Shown piece after piece: positions 17,259 through 26,502 of a stretch of DNA of 64,000 bases. The DNA comes from an uncultured virus (IMG/VR IMGVR_UViG_3300037419_001523). Lineage: Duplodnaviria > Heunggongvirae > Uroviricota > Caudoviricetes. The position numbers and the translations under genes are program-made. Below the pieces are notes generated by a model. The model did no database searches, was not told the origin of the DNA, and saw only the letters and a list, made by a program, of their open reading frames with translations. Where the stretch lies: the IMG/VR virus record IMGVR_UViG_3300037419_001523, one strand, 5' to 3'. Within the stretch, counting starts at the first letter, position 1; every line of letters begins with the position of its first letter.

Positions 17259-17289
17259 ACTATATGAACATACTGTTTGTACTGATTCA
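17259..17289 (-). promoter_or_regulatory. sigma-E/K-like promoter upstream of tubRZ
   Basis: TGAATCAGTACAAACAGTATGTT-CATATAGT; shares AGTACAAA and CATAYART with the 14271-14301 promoter. Confidence 0.4.
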
Positions 17290-17353
17290 ATAATTACAAT
17301 AAAAATTGTATTTTTTTAATTAAAATATTTTTATAACTTTTCACTAAAAATCG

Positions 17354-17382
17354 TTGACTAATCAAAATTAATTTGATATATT
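17354..17382 (+). promoter_or_regulatory. Extended -10 sigma-A promoter, duplicated at 38804-38832
   Basis: TTGACT-17-TATATT with TG; 28/29 nt identical to 38804-38832. Confidence 0.7.
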
Positions 17383-17418
17383 TATAATTGACAAGTATAT
17401 TAGAAAGGAGGATTCACA

Positions 17419-17619
17419 ATGTTAAAATCTAAAATCAAAGTACGATTAGCTGAACTGGAAATTAAGCAGCAGGATTTGAGCGATAAACTTGGTGTTACTA
17501 AACAAACTATGAGTTTGTGGGTAACTGGTAAATCAACGCCTACACTTGAGACTGCGTTTAAGATTGCTAAGTTGTTAGATTGTAAAGTGGATGATTTATA
17601 TATTTATAGGGAGGATTAA
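17419..17619 (+). CDS. XRE/Cro-like HTH regulator
   Basis: IKQQDLSDKLGVTKQTMSLWVTGKSTPTLETAFKIAKLL; AAAGGAGG RBS. Confidence 0.9.
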   Translation: MLKSKIKVRLAELEIKQQDLSDKLGVTKQTMSLWVTGKSTPTLETAFKIAKLLDCKVDDLYIYRED

Positions 17620-17624
17620 AAAAT

Positions 17625-18377
17625 ATGAAATTTTTAGGTCAAGAAAGAATTGGGGAAGTTAGTTTTAACAAACAAGGTTCAAAAATGATTGTTGAGGTTT
17701 ATAACAATTGTGATGATGTTTTGGTTAATTTCATTGATTATAATTATAAAGTAAGTACAACGTGGAGACATTTTAAAAATGGTAATGTAAGCAATATTTA
17801 TGATATCACTGTACATAATGTCGGATATATCGGAGAAGGAAAATATAAGCCTTGTATACAAAATGTCGATACAGTTTTTTATACTACTTGGTCAAGAATG
17901 TTAAAAAGATGTTATAGTGAATCCTATCATCAAAAACGCAATCGTTATAAAGATTGTATAGTTTGCGAAGAATGGCACTGTTTTCAAAACTTTGCTAAGT
18001 GGTTTGATGAGAATTATTATGAGGTGGATGATCTAAGAATGGAATTAGATAAAGATATTTTAGTTAAGGGAAATAAGGTATATAGTCCTGAAACTTGTGT
18101 TTTTGTTCCTCAAAGAATTAATAGTCTATTTACTAAATCTAATTTGAGTAGAGGAAATCTTCCTATAGGGGTTCACTTGCATACAATAAATAAAAAATAT
18201 ATAGCTAGATGTAATGGAATATCGCTGGGTAGTTTTAATACCCCAAAAGAAGCGTTTCACAGTTATAAAACTTTCAAAGAGAATTATATTAAAGAAGTCG
18301 CCAATGATTATGGAGTTAAAATTCCGAAAAAATTATATGAAGCGATGATTAATTATAAGGTTGAAATAGATGACTAA
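17625..18377 (+). CDS. Free-standing HNH-type homing endonuclease with AP2-like C-terminus
   Basis: WSRMLKRCY...VCEEWHCFQNF...LDKDIL..GNKVYSPETCVFVP; LPIGV...LGSFNTPKEAF. Confidence 0.8.
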   Translation: MKFLGQERIGEVSFNKQGSKMIVEVYNNCDDVLVNFIDYNYKVSTTWRHFKNGNVSNIYDITVHNVGYIGEGKYKPCIQNVDTVFYTTWSRMLKRCYSESYHQKRNRYKDCIVCEEWHCFQNFAKWFDENYYEVDDLRMELDKDILVKGNKVYSPETCVFVPQRINSLFTKSNLSRGNLPIGVHLHTINKKYIARCNGISLGSFNTPKEAFHSYKTFKENYIKEVANDYGVKIPKKLYEAMINYKVEIDD

Positions 18378-18505
18378 TGTAATTTTTTAATTAATTTTCA
18401 GACAACTATTGTCTAAAGATAAATAACTTGATATAATAATAAATATAAAAGAATAATAGTCTTATATTATTTTATATACACATCATAAACAGGAGGTGAA
18501 ATCAG

Positions 18506-18685
18506 ATGGAAAAATTACATTTTACTAAAAGTGAGGTGTTAGCCTATTTAGAGGATAAGATTCTTTCTAATATGGCAACTGAAGATGAACTTGAAATGTA
18601 CCAAGATTATAAATGGGATAGAAAATTAAACAAAAATAACTATACATATAAAAAACTAATCAGAGAAATGAGGGAATGGTATTAA
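18506..18685 (+). CDS. 59-aa protein upstream of the RNA polymerase (YonP-like position)
   Basis: [30 protein letters not shown]...[18 protein letters not shown]; promoter TTGTCT-17-TATAAT at 18409-18437. Confidence 0.65.
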   Translation: MEKLHFTKSEVLAYLEDKILSNMATEDELEMYQDYKWDRKLNKNNYTYKKLIREMREWY

Positions 18686-18704
18686 AAAAGGAGGAGTATT
18701 AAAT

Positions 18705-21700
18705 TTGACAATTGCTTTAGAAAAACAGGTTTACATCTACTCAGTGGATACCTCTAGTTTCTATAATGAAAACGAACAGAAAATACATAAGAAATTGTTA
18801 AAATCCTATAGATATAGAGATCACTTAAAGAAACTGGATGGAAATGTTAGTAAGCATAAGAAGTACATAAGCGAACGAATAAGTTCATTAAAAAATAAAC
18901 TAATATTAAACATAAATAAAAATAGTGATATTAGACATTTAAGAAAAGATTCATTAAAGAAAAGCAACGTAATCTCATTATTTGATTCTGTGCTTACTAG
19001 AGTGTTGAAAATTGAGCAAAATTCATTATCAGAAGACATCTTTGTTGTTCAGGCATATTACTTTCAAGTATTAGAAAACATAATTAAGAATGGTTTTATA
19101 CATAATGGTGAGAAATACATATATCTAACGAGTTCAGCCGGACAGATTAGAACAAAACGATCTATCTTCATAAAAGAGTCACTGTGGAATCAACATAAAG
19201 AAACTCTAATGTGTGGATTGTCTGTTGAAGATATTAACACTCAAGGTGGAGTGAATATCAATAAGTATCAAGCTTACCTTGCTCTATCCAATAGTGCTAC
19301 AGATGAGTGGAAGAATTTCAACATCCATAGAAGTATTGTGGTTGATGATTTAGAAACAACTGTACATAGTTTGGTAGATTATATTGACCGTGAAACTTAT
19401 AAGATTACTAGGCAGGAAATGGATATTCCAATTGAGCATACGGATGGTTGTGGAATGATACTTCCAAAAAAGTCTAAGAAAAGCTTCATGTGTCGTTTAC
19501 CTTGGCTCAAAGGTTTATTAGTCCCATTCCCTTTTGATAAGTTTGCTGAAGAATATGATTCGTTTGTTGTGAAGGATATCTATGGTAAGGAATGGGATAT
19601 TGTGAAAGACAATATTGAAGTAATTTTCACTAAATCTCAGTTTAAAATGTGGAAATATTACCAAGATTGGAATGACTACAAAGATAAATTTGTAAAACAT
19701 AGCTGTCAAGCTGCTAAATTGAACGAGGAAGACGTTTCTGCTGATGCTAACCTTAATTATCAGATGATACAAACGTTGACAGATATGACTGATGAAGAAT
19801 TAACAAAAATAAGTCAAAGTACCATTGAAGACATTTTAAAAATTGGCAGTGATAAAGAAACCATGCTTCGTATATTAGGTGCTACTGAAACGAACAGAAG
19901 AAAAAACTACTTTCAACAAGCATTAAGTATGTATCCTGAATTACTGAATGATGAGCATTCTAAGCAAGTTATTAAGGATAAAAAGAAAAGGTTAATCAAA
20001 GAAGCTCGTGCTGGGAAGTTAAATGTTAAAGGGAAATATACCTTCCTAGTTCCTGATTTGTTTGCATTTTGTGAAAGATTATTTCTTAGAATCGAACAAC
20101 CAAAGGGATTACTTGCTAAAGGTGATGTATATTGTGATTTGTTTGATGAAGGTAAGGTTAATTGCTTACGTGCGCCTCATCTCTTCCGTGAGCATGGGGT
20201 TCGAAATAATGTATTAGATGAAGGAAAAGCAAAATGGTTTATCACTCGTGGGGTATACACTAGCATTCATGATCCAATTAGTAAGATATTGCAATTTGAT
20301 AATGATGGGGATAAATCCTTAGTTGTCAGTGACAAGACATTTGTTGAAGTCGCAGAACGAAATATGAAAGGTATTGTACCTTTGTATTATGAAATGGCTA
20401 AAGCCCCTGCTGAACAAATTAACAGTGAAGATATTTATAAAAGTTTAGTTTCTGCATACAAGGCTAACATTGGTGAGATTAGCAATAACATAACTAAGAT
20501 ATGGAACAGTGACAATGTTAATTTGGATGTTATCAAATGGCTGTGTATGGAAAATAATTTCACAATTGATTAAATTCTTAGTCCCTCCATATAGTGATAT
20601 ATGGATGTGCAGTCGGTGAACCTGTAAACACAGGGTGTTTGGTTAACGTTTAGTGGCAGTAGGAAATGACTGTTAATAACCAAGCTAACAGGGAAAATCT
20701 AAGTAATACACTTCACATTTTTTATATAATATATTATTAATCAAGGAGGTGATAATTATGAAGTTCATCAATGAGGATCAATCTAAAAATCTATGTGGAA
20801 TTTATAAAATAACTCAGATTAGTAATGGTCGTATTTACATTGGTCAAACAAAAATGAGATTTATAAAGAGATATTGGCATCATGTATGGAAATTGAATGA
20901 TGGAAGTCATGATAATAACTTTCTGCAAAATGCTTGGAATAAATACGGAGAAAGCGATTTTATGTTTGAAGTGGTTGAAATTATGAATCGTGATGAAAAT
21001 ATGAACAAACAAGAAATTATGTACATTGAGAAATACGATACTTATCATAATGGATTCAATATGACGCTCGGTGGTGAAGGTAAAAAAGGCACTCCGATGT
21101 CAGAACAAACAAAAGAAATTGTAGGTAGAAAAAACAGAATCCATATGTTAGGTAAAAAACACACCGAAGAAACAAAAAGAAAAATGAGTTTGTCTAGTCA
21201 TAGACGTAAAATCACTTCGGAACATGCTGAAAATTTAAGAAAATCCAGATTAGGAAGTAAACATAGTGAATCCTCTAAGCAGAAAATGAAGGAAGCGAAA
21301 TTAGGAGTCGGTTCAGCAATCAATGAATCTCAGGCTTTTGAAATAAAGAATAGATTAATAAATGGTGATAGGATTATAGATATTGCAAACGAATTAGACA
21401 TTGAATATCACAATGTTAAATCAATTCTTCAAGAAAAAGTATGGACTCATATTAAGGTAGATGGATGGGGTGATTTTATTGTTGAATATAAAAAACGGAA
21501 AAAAGAATCTTTGACAGATGACCAAGTAAGAGAAATTAGAAATTTAATAGACAAAGGATATTCTGCTCCTGAAATATCAAAATTATGTGATATTGGAGTA
21601 TCAGTTGTTTATGGTATCAAACAAAACCGAACTTATAAAAATGTGAAGTAAGACAAATAAGAGTGTATTATATGACAATCCTGTGCCAAGTCTCTAATTA

Positions 21701-22479
21701 GAGAAAGGTGCAACGACCATCCTGAAATGGAGTAGGATCGGGGTGAAACTCCTCTTTCCGAAGTGCCGACCAACTATTGCGTAAATAGTTGATGATATGG
21801 TCTATTCCCTTCAAATATAGCGAAAGCTAGGGTATAAAAGTATGCTAAAACTCTTTTCATGCCAACTAGACCAGAAGATGTCAATCAAATTATTTCACAG
21901 TACATAAAAGCGAAAGTACCTCATTTTTTCATTTATGCAAAGGATAAGGAAGAAAAGAATGTTGAAAAATTGAATGACAGTGTGGTAAATAAACTTAATT
22001 ACCTTGTTCCTAACAAACCTATTCAATTCAAAAAAATATTAGGTAAATTAAATTATAAAATGCTCATGAAAAACAAAAAAGTTTCAACTGATGAAAGCAT
22101 TATTGTGACTTTTGAGAAACTAGATAAAAGTAAAAGATGGTTGATTAAATCTAAAGAAAAAAGTGAATCAAATGAAACATTATTTATATACAAATATATA
22201 AGAGAAGAATTATTAAAAACCCATGATGATATTAATTATGTTGTAGATGTGTTAGTTAAATATTTATATATTAAAAAGAGTAGCAGAAAAGAAACGTTGT
22301 GGAAATCATTTGGTGATATTTTATTTGAGAATTTACAGTATAACCTAGAAAACACTAAACAATGTGAATCATGTGGTTCAAGAATTGATATTAAATCTAA
22401 CAAAACGAAATATTGCAATGACTGCGCTAAATATATAAAAAACGAACAAAACAAATTATACTATCATTTAGGAAAATAG
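18705..22479 (+). CDS. yonO: YonO-like single-subunit DNA-dependent RNA polymerase, two exons (18705-20570 + 21841-22479, about 834 aa)
   Basis: [25 protein letters not shown] and catalytic QFDNDGD motifs. The exons join in frame as [19 protein letters not shown]-terminal CxxC...CxxC zinc finger. Confidence 0.88.
20571..21840 (+). mobile_element. Group I intron in the RNA polymerase gene
   Basis: Exon ends in U and intron ends in G. P1 GAU/UAA pairs with UUAGUC giving a U.G at the splice site. Core-like segments CAAGCTAACAGGGAAA, AATCCTGTGCCAAG, GTGCAACGACCATC and GATATGGTCTA. Confidence 0.88.
20749..21651 (+). CDS. Intron-encoded GIY-YIG homing endonuclease with NUMOD3 repeats and C-terminal HTHs
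   Basis: CGIYKI...IYIGQT, GFN and [10 protein letters not shown] / [10 protein letters not shown] repeats. Confidence 0.92.
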   Translation: MIIMKFINEDQSKNLCGIYKITQISNGRIYIGQTKMRFIKRYWHHVWKLNDGSHDNNFLQNAWNKYGESDFMFEVVEIMNRDENMNKQEIMYIEKYDTYHNGFNMTLGGEGKKGTPMSEQTKEIVGRKNRIHMLGKKHTEETKRKMSLSSHRRKITSEHAENLRKSRLGSKHSESSKQKMKEAKLGVGSAINESQAFEIKNRLINGDRIIDIANELDIEYHNVKSILQEKVWTHIKVDGWGDFIVEYKKRKKESLTDDQVREIRNLIDKGYSAPEISKLCDIGVSVVYGIKQNRTYKNVK

Positions 22480-22710
22480 AAAAGTGACTCGAACCTTACT
22501 GCCACAAGGATTTCAACGATTTTTACTAATTTTTCATTTTAATAAAAACACCTGAAACCATTGGGAGAGTAAGGGTAAAGACGTTTTACCATGAATAACG
22601 TACAAAGGAGGTAAATGTTAATGTACAAGTTTAAGAGCAGGAGTCTCTCCTATTTTATTTTTTAATCAAAAATATATAAATATTAAAATCTACCTATAAA
22701 GGGGTATCTT

Positions 22711-23967
22711 ATGGACAAATACTATGTAGCAGATACAAACGTATTACTCGATTCAATCGAAGCACTACAAGACTACAATATTGTCCTTCTCTCTCACACG
22801 TTAAGGGAATTGGATAAACATAAGTCCAGCAATAATGATGATTTGGCATTTAGAGCAAGAAAGACAGTTAGATATATTAAAGATAATAAAGATAAATTTA
22901 TATTTGACGCAAAAGACTATAATGGATTTGAATTAGGTAAAGATTATGATGATGTATACCAAGATAACAATATTCTTGCTGCGTGTGTACAAAATCAGTA
23001 TGGACTAATTTCAAACGATTTGTTATTAACGTATAAAGCAGAAGGTTTTGGATTAGAAGTTATTAGTTTAGATAATGAGAAATTTAATGATAATTCCAAG
23101 TATACAGGTATTAGAGATTTGTATATTGATGAGACAGTTGAAAGTCAATTAGCATTAGCTTACATATATCAACACTATAATACTGACAAATTTGAAATGG
23201 TTGAAAATGAGTATTTAATTATTTGGGATAAATCAAAACCTACATACCACAGAACAAGTGGAAAAATTAACGGATATGAAGCGATTGATACTTTCCGTTT
23301 TGATGGAGAAAAACTAGTTAAATTGAAATATAAATCAACTGAAGATTTGTTTATGGGTAAAACGAAACCGATTAATGTAAAACAGCAAGTTGCGTTTGAT
23401 ATGCTTCAAAACAAAAACATTGGTGTAAATTTAATTCTAGGTGGAGCAGGTTCTGGTAAAGACCACATAATGGCTGCTCATATGATGCAAGCACTACAAA
23501 GAGAAGAAATTGATAAAATTGTTTTTGTTCGAAACATACAAAAGTTAAAAGATGCTGGTGAGGTTGGATTTCTTAAAGGAGACTTATTTTCAAAAATGCT
23601 CACATGGTCACTTCCACTTGCGGATCAAATTGGTGGAATTGAAGCGTTAGAGATGTTAGTTGAAAAAGGAAAAATTGAAATACAGCATTTTGAATCAATT
23701 AGAGGTAGAAGTTTTACTCGTTGTGGAGTTTATTGTACTGAGATTCAATCAATGTCAGATTATCACGCTAGAGTATTACTGAGTCGGATAGGAAAAGATT
23801 CTTTTATCTACTTGAATGGTGATATAAAGCAATCTGATAGTGACTACAACAAACATAACTCAGCTATCAATGCACTAAAGAGACTTAAAGGACATCCATT
23901 ATTTGGAGTTGTCACTTTAGACAAAACGGAGCGCTCAGATATTGCTAGTTTAAGTGAATTGATTTAA
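22711..23967 (+). CDS. phoH: PIN-PhoH (PhoH2-like) protein
   Basis: N-terminal VADTNVLL...ELDKHK PIN; GGAGSGK Walker A; GFLKGD, IRGRSF, SRIG and GDIKQSD PhoH motifs. Confidence 0.9.
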   Translation: MDKYYVADTNVLLDSIEALQDYNIVLLSHTLRELDKHKSSNNDDLAFRARKTVRYIKDNKDKFIFDAKDYNGFELGKDYDDVYQDNNILAACVQNQYGLISNDLLLTYKAEGFGLEVISLDNEKFNDNSKYTGIRDLYIDETVESQLALAYIYQHYNTDKFEMVENEYLIIWDKSKPTYHRTSGKINGYEAIDTFRFDGEKLVKLKYKSTEDLFMGKTKPINVKQQVAFDMLQNKNIGVNLILGGAGSGKDHIMAAHMMQALQREEIDKIVFVRNIQKLKDAGEVGFLKGDLFSKMLTWSLPLADQIGGIEALEMLVEKGKIEIQHFESIRGRSFTRCGVYCTEIQSMSDYHARVLLSRIGKDSFIYLNGDIKQSDSDYNKHNSAINALKRLKGHPLFGVVTLDKTERSDIASLSELI

Positions 23968-24024
23968 TCGGACTACTTTCGAGTAGTCTTTTTTGTTTTT
24001 GAGGAATAAAAGGAGGAATTACAA

Positions 24025-24216
24025 ATGGCAAGTAAAAAGGTACACACTGTAAATTTAAAAGGTATTTTAGATTTAGACACAATGGAAATTACGGAACAAA
24101 CAAAAGAAGCAGAATTTACATATGATTTCTTAGAAATTCTACGTGATTTTGACGGTAAACAAGTTTCCATTAGTATTAAAGAGGAAAATGATTTACCAAT
24201 CAAGGACGAGGAATAA
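24025..24216 (+). CDS. yonK: YonK-like protein
   Basis: MASKKVHTVNLKGILD...YDFLEILRDFDGKQVSISIKEE and SPbeta-like synteny. Confidence 0.7.
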   Translation: MASKKVHTVNLKGILDLDTMEITEQTKEAEFTYDFLEILRDFDGKQVSISIKEENDLPIKDEE

Positions 24217-24219
24217 TCA

Positions 24220-25467
24220 ATGGTGGAATATAATTTTGATAGTTTACAAGGTGAAACTAAATTCAGGCATTTGGTGAGACTTTCTATTGCAAAATTAAAC
24301 AAAGAACATTCATTAGATTGGTTAGAATTAGTTGATATGTTCAATTTAGAATATTCTGCTGAAACCTTGCGTAAGAAAACATACGGTTGGAAAGATTTTC
24401 TTGAGAATGAAGAAATAGAGAAATTAAATTCTGAAGAAGAAATTACTTATAAAGAAACTACAGAAATATTAGCAAATGGATCGCATAAATCTGACAAACT
24501 TGTTAGAATGACTGCTGAACAATCTAAGGATGTCAATTATTTGCTTGCTGCTCATGGTTTTGATAAAGAATCTTGGGAATTAGTGAATGCTAAGAATAAT
24601 ATTTGGAATGTTCACAGTAAACAAGATGGAGTCCAGACTCTTTATTCAAGTAAGATAACAGTCAAACCTAAAACCAATGTTTTTGATTATAATAAATTTC
24701 TTGAATTAATTAGTAAAAAGATTAAACCAATTACAATTGAAAATAAACAAAATAACAAACCTTTTTCTAAATTATTAGAAATATCTTTATATGATTTACA
24801 TTTTGGAGTATCATCTCTTGAATATTACAATAATCATTTACAAGAAATTGTTCATAAGATTCAGTCACGTTCATGGAAAAAGATACTATTCGTTATCGGT
24901 CAAGACCTTTTACATAATGATAACTTTAGAGGTCAAACTGCCAATGGCACATTTATTGAAAAAGCGGATATGGAAAAAGCGTTTAATGAAGCATTGCAAT
25001 TTTACGTGACTTTAATTACTGAAGCAATACAGCATTCTGAAAGTGTAGAGTGTAGATATGTAAAAGGAAATCATGATGAATCAATCAGTTATGGATTCTT
25101 TAGAACTTTACAGGCTACCTTCCCTCAAGTTGTATTTATCGGTAATTTAAAACAACGTACTGCTTTCATTTGGGAAAAAGTCTTCATTGGCTTAACTCAT
25201 GGGGATAAGGGTGCTAACAGAATTGTAGAAAACTTTATTTCTGAATATGGTAAGTTAATTGCAAATGCAGAAGTTAAAGAAATACATGCCGGTCATATAC
25301 ATACTGAAAAATCTAATGATAACTTTGGAATAATGAAAAGATCATTATCTACAGCTAACAAAACGGATGATTGGCATGATGATAATGGATTCATTGGTGC
25401 TAATAAACGTTTTCAGTTATTTGAGTATTCCCCAAGTAGTTTAGATGCTATTTATTATGTTCAATAA
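24220..25467 (+). CDS. Calcineurin-like metallophosphoesterase (YonJ-like position)
   Basis: DLHFG, GQD, GNHD, THGD and GHIH motifs. Confidence 0.8.
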   Translation: MVEYNFDSLQGETKFRHLVRLSIAKLNKEHSLDWLELVDMFNLEYSAETLRKKTYGWKDFLENEEIEKLNSEEEITYKETTEILANGSHKSDKLVRMTAEQSKDVNYLLAAHGFDKESWELVNAKNNIWNVHSKQDGVQTLYSSKITVKPKTNVFDYNKFLELISKKIKPITIENKQNNKPFSKLLEISLYDLHFGVSSLEYYNNHLQEIVHKIQSRSWKKILFVIGQDLLHNDNFRGQTANGTFIEKADMEKAFNEALQFYVTLITEAIQHSESVECRYVKGNHDESISYGFFRTLQATFPQVVFIGNLKQRTAFIWEKVFIGLTHGDKGANRIVENFISEYGKLIANAEVKEIHAGHIHTEKSNDNFGIMKRSLSTANKTDDWHDDNGFIGANKRFQLFEYSPSSLDAIYYVQ

Positions 25468-25540
25468 AAATTAATTAAATAACAGATATCACAGTCAGAC
25501 TGTGCGCTATCTCCTGAATAACACTAAGGAGGTTATAATT

Positions 25541-26122
25541 ATGGATTTTTTAATGGATGAAGAAATGAAAAGCACATTATTGGATAAAGTTGAAAAGGAT
25601 TTATTTAAGGATAGGGTTATTTATCTAAATGAGGATATTAGTTCATTTACAATTGCTAATATTGTTCCGTTAATCCATATGATTAATAAGGAAGATGAAG
25701 GAAAATCAGTTGAAGATAGAAAACCAATTCAATTACATATCACCTCCTATGGTGGATCAGCTTACGATGGATGGCAAATTGTTAGTACAATTGAAAACTC
25801 CGTTACACCTGTACATACATATGTAGAAGGATATGCAATGAGTATGGCACTCCCTATTTTCTTATCTGGTAAAGTTAGATATTTAGGAAAATATGCTACC
25901 CTTCTCTACCATGAGTTACGTGGTGGAGCGAATGGTACTAGACAAGAAGTGAAACGATTAGATAAAGAGTATGATAGATTACAGAAAATTTATGATGATT
26001 ATATTATTTCTAAATCTACTATTACTCAAGAAATTTTAGACTATCATCAAGAAAAAGTATCAGATTGGTACATTGGTTTGGAAGAATCTACAAAATATAA
26101 ATTATATGATGAATTGATTTAA
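25541..26122 (+). CDS. clpP: ClpP-like serine protease
   Basis: DRVIYL, ITSYGGSAYDG, AMSMA (Ser), YHE (His) and DWY (Asp); AAGGAGG RBS before the ATG at 25541. Confidence 0.85.
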   Translation: MDFLMDEEMKSTLLDKVEKDLFKDRVIYLNEDISSFTIANIVPLIHMINKEDEGKSVEDRKPIQLHITSYGGSAYDGWQIVSTIENSVTPVHTYVEGYAMSMALPIFLSGKVRYLGKYATLLYHELRGGANGTRQEVKRLDKEYDRLQKIYDDYIISKSTITQEILDYHQEKVSDWYIGLEESTKYKLYDELI

Positions 26123-26171
26123 AACTACCAAAGTCCTCTTAGTTAATTCTAGGAGGACTTTTTACTATTTT

Positions 26172-26254
26172 AGAATCATTTAATTGACACTTGTTCGCTA
26201 AGTTTTCCCTCCTCTCCTTTTCCTTGGTGGTACAAGTGTCAATTAAATGATTCT
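26172..26254. repeat. Perfect 23-bp inverted repeat with a CU-rich loop
   Basis: AGAATCATTTAATTGACACTTGT / ACAAGTGTCAATTAAATGATTCT; the loop includes CCCTCCTCTCCTTTTCC. Confidence 0.85.
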
Positions 26255-26285
26255 CTTATAATTTAAAAAATCTATAATTTTAAGG

Positions 26286-26474
26286 ATGGATGAGATGAAT
26301 AAAAATAATTTATTTTATTGTTATAGCGGAAAATTGAAAAGTTTTCTTGTTTATAAAAAGGATTTTAGATATTTACACAAAGGTCATAATGAAAAAACTA
26401 ATAGAGACTTTTGGGTTTTTAATCGTACAGAAGAGTTAAATAATGCTCTTACAGAGTGGTCGCTGAAAAAGTGA
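26286..26474 (+). CDS. Small DUF5659-like protein, paralog of 568-750
   Basis: FYCYSGKLKSFL...HNEKTNRDFWVFNRTEELNNAL. Confidence 0.7.
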   Translation: MDEMNKNNLFYCYSGKLKSFLVYKKDFRYLHKGHNEKTNRDFWVFNRTEELNNALTEWSLKK

Positions 26475-26502
26475 TTACATTTTTAATTTCAATAATAACT
26501 AA

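Noticed and set aside
21859..22479. Independent 206-aa gene
   Set aside because: It has no RBS and is better explained as exon 2 of the RNA polymerase.
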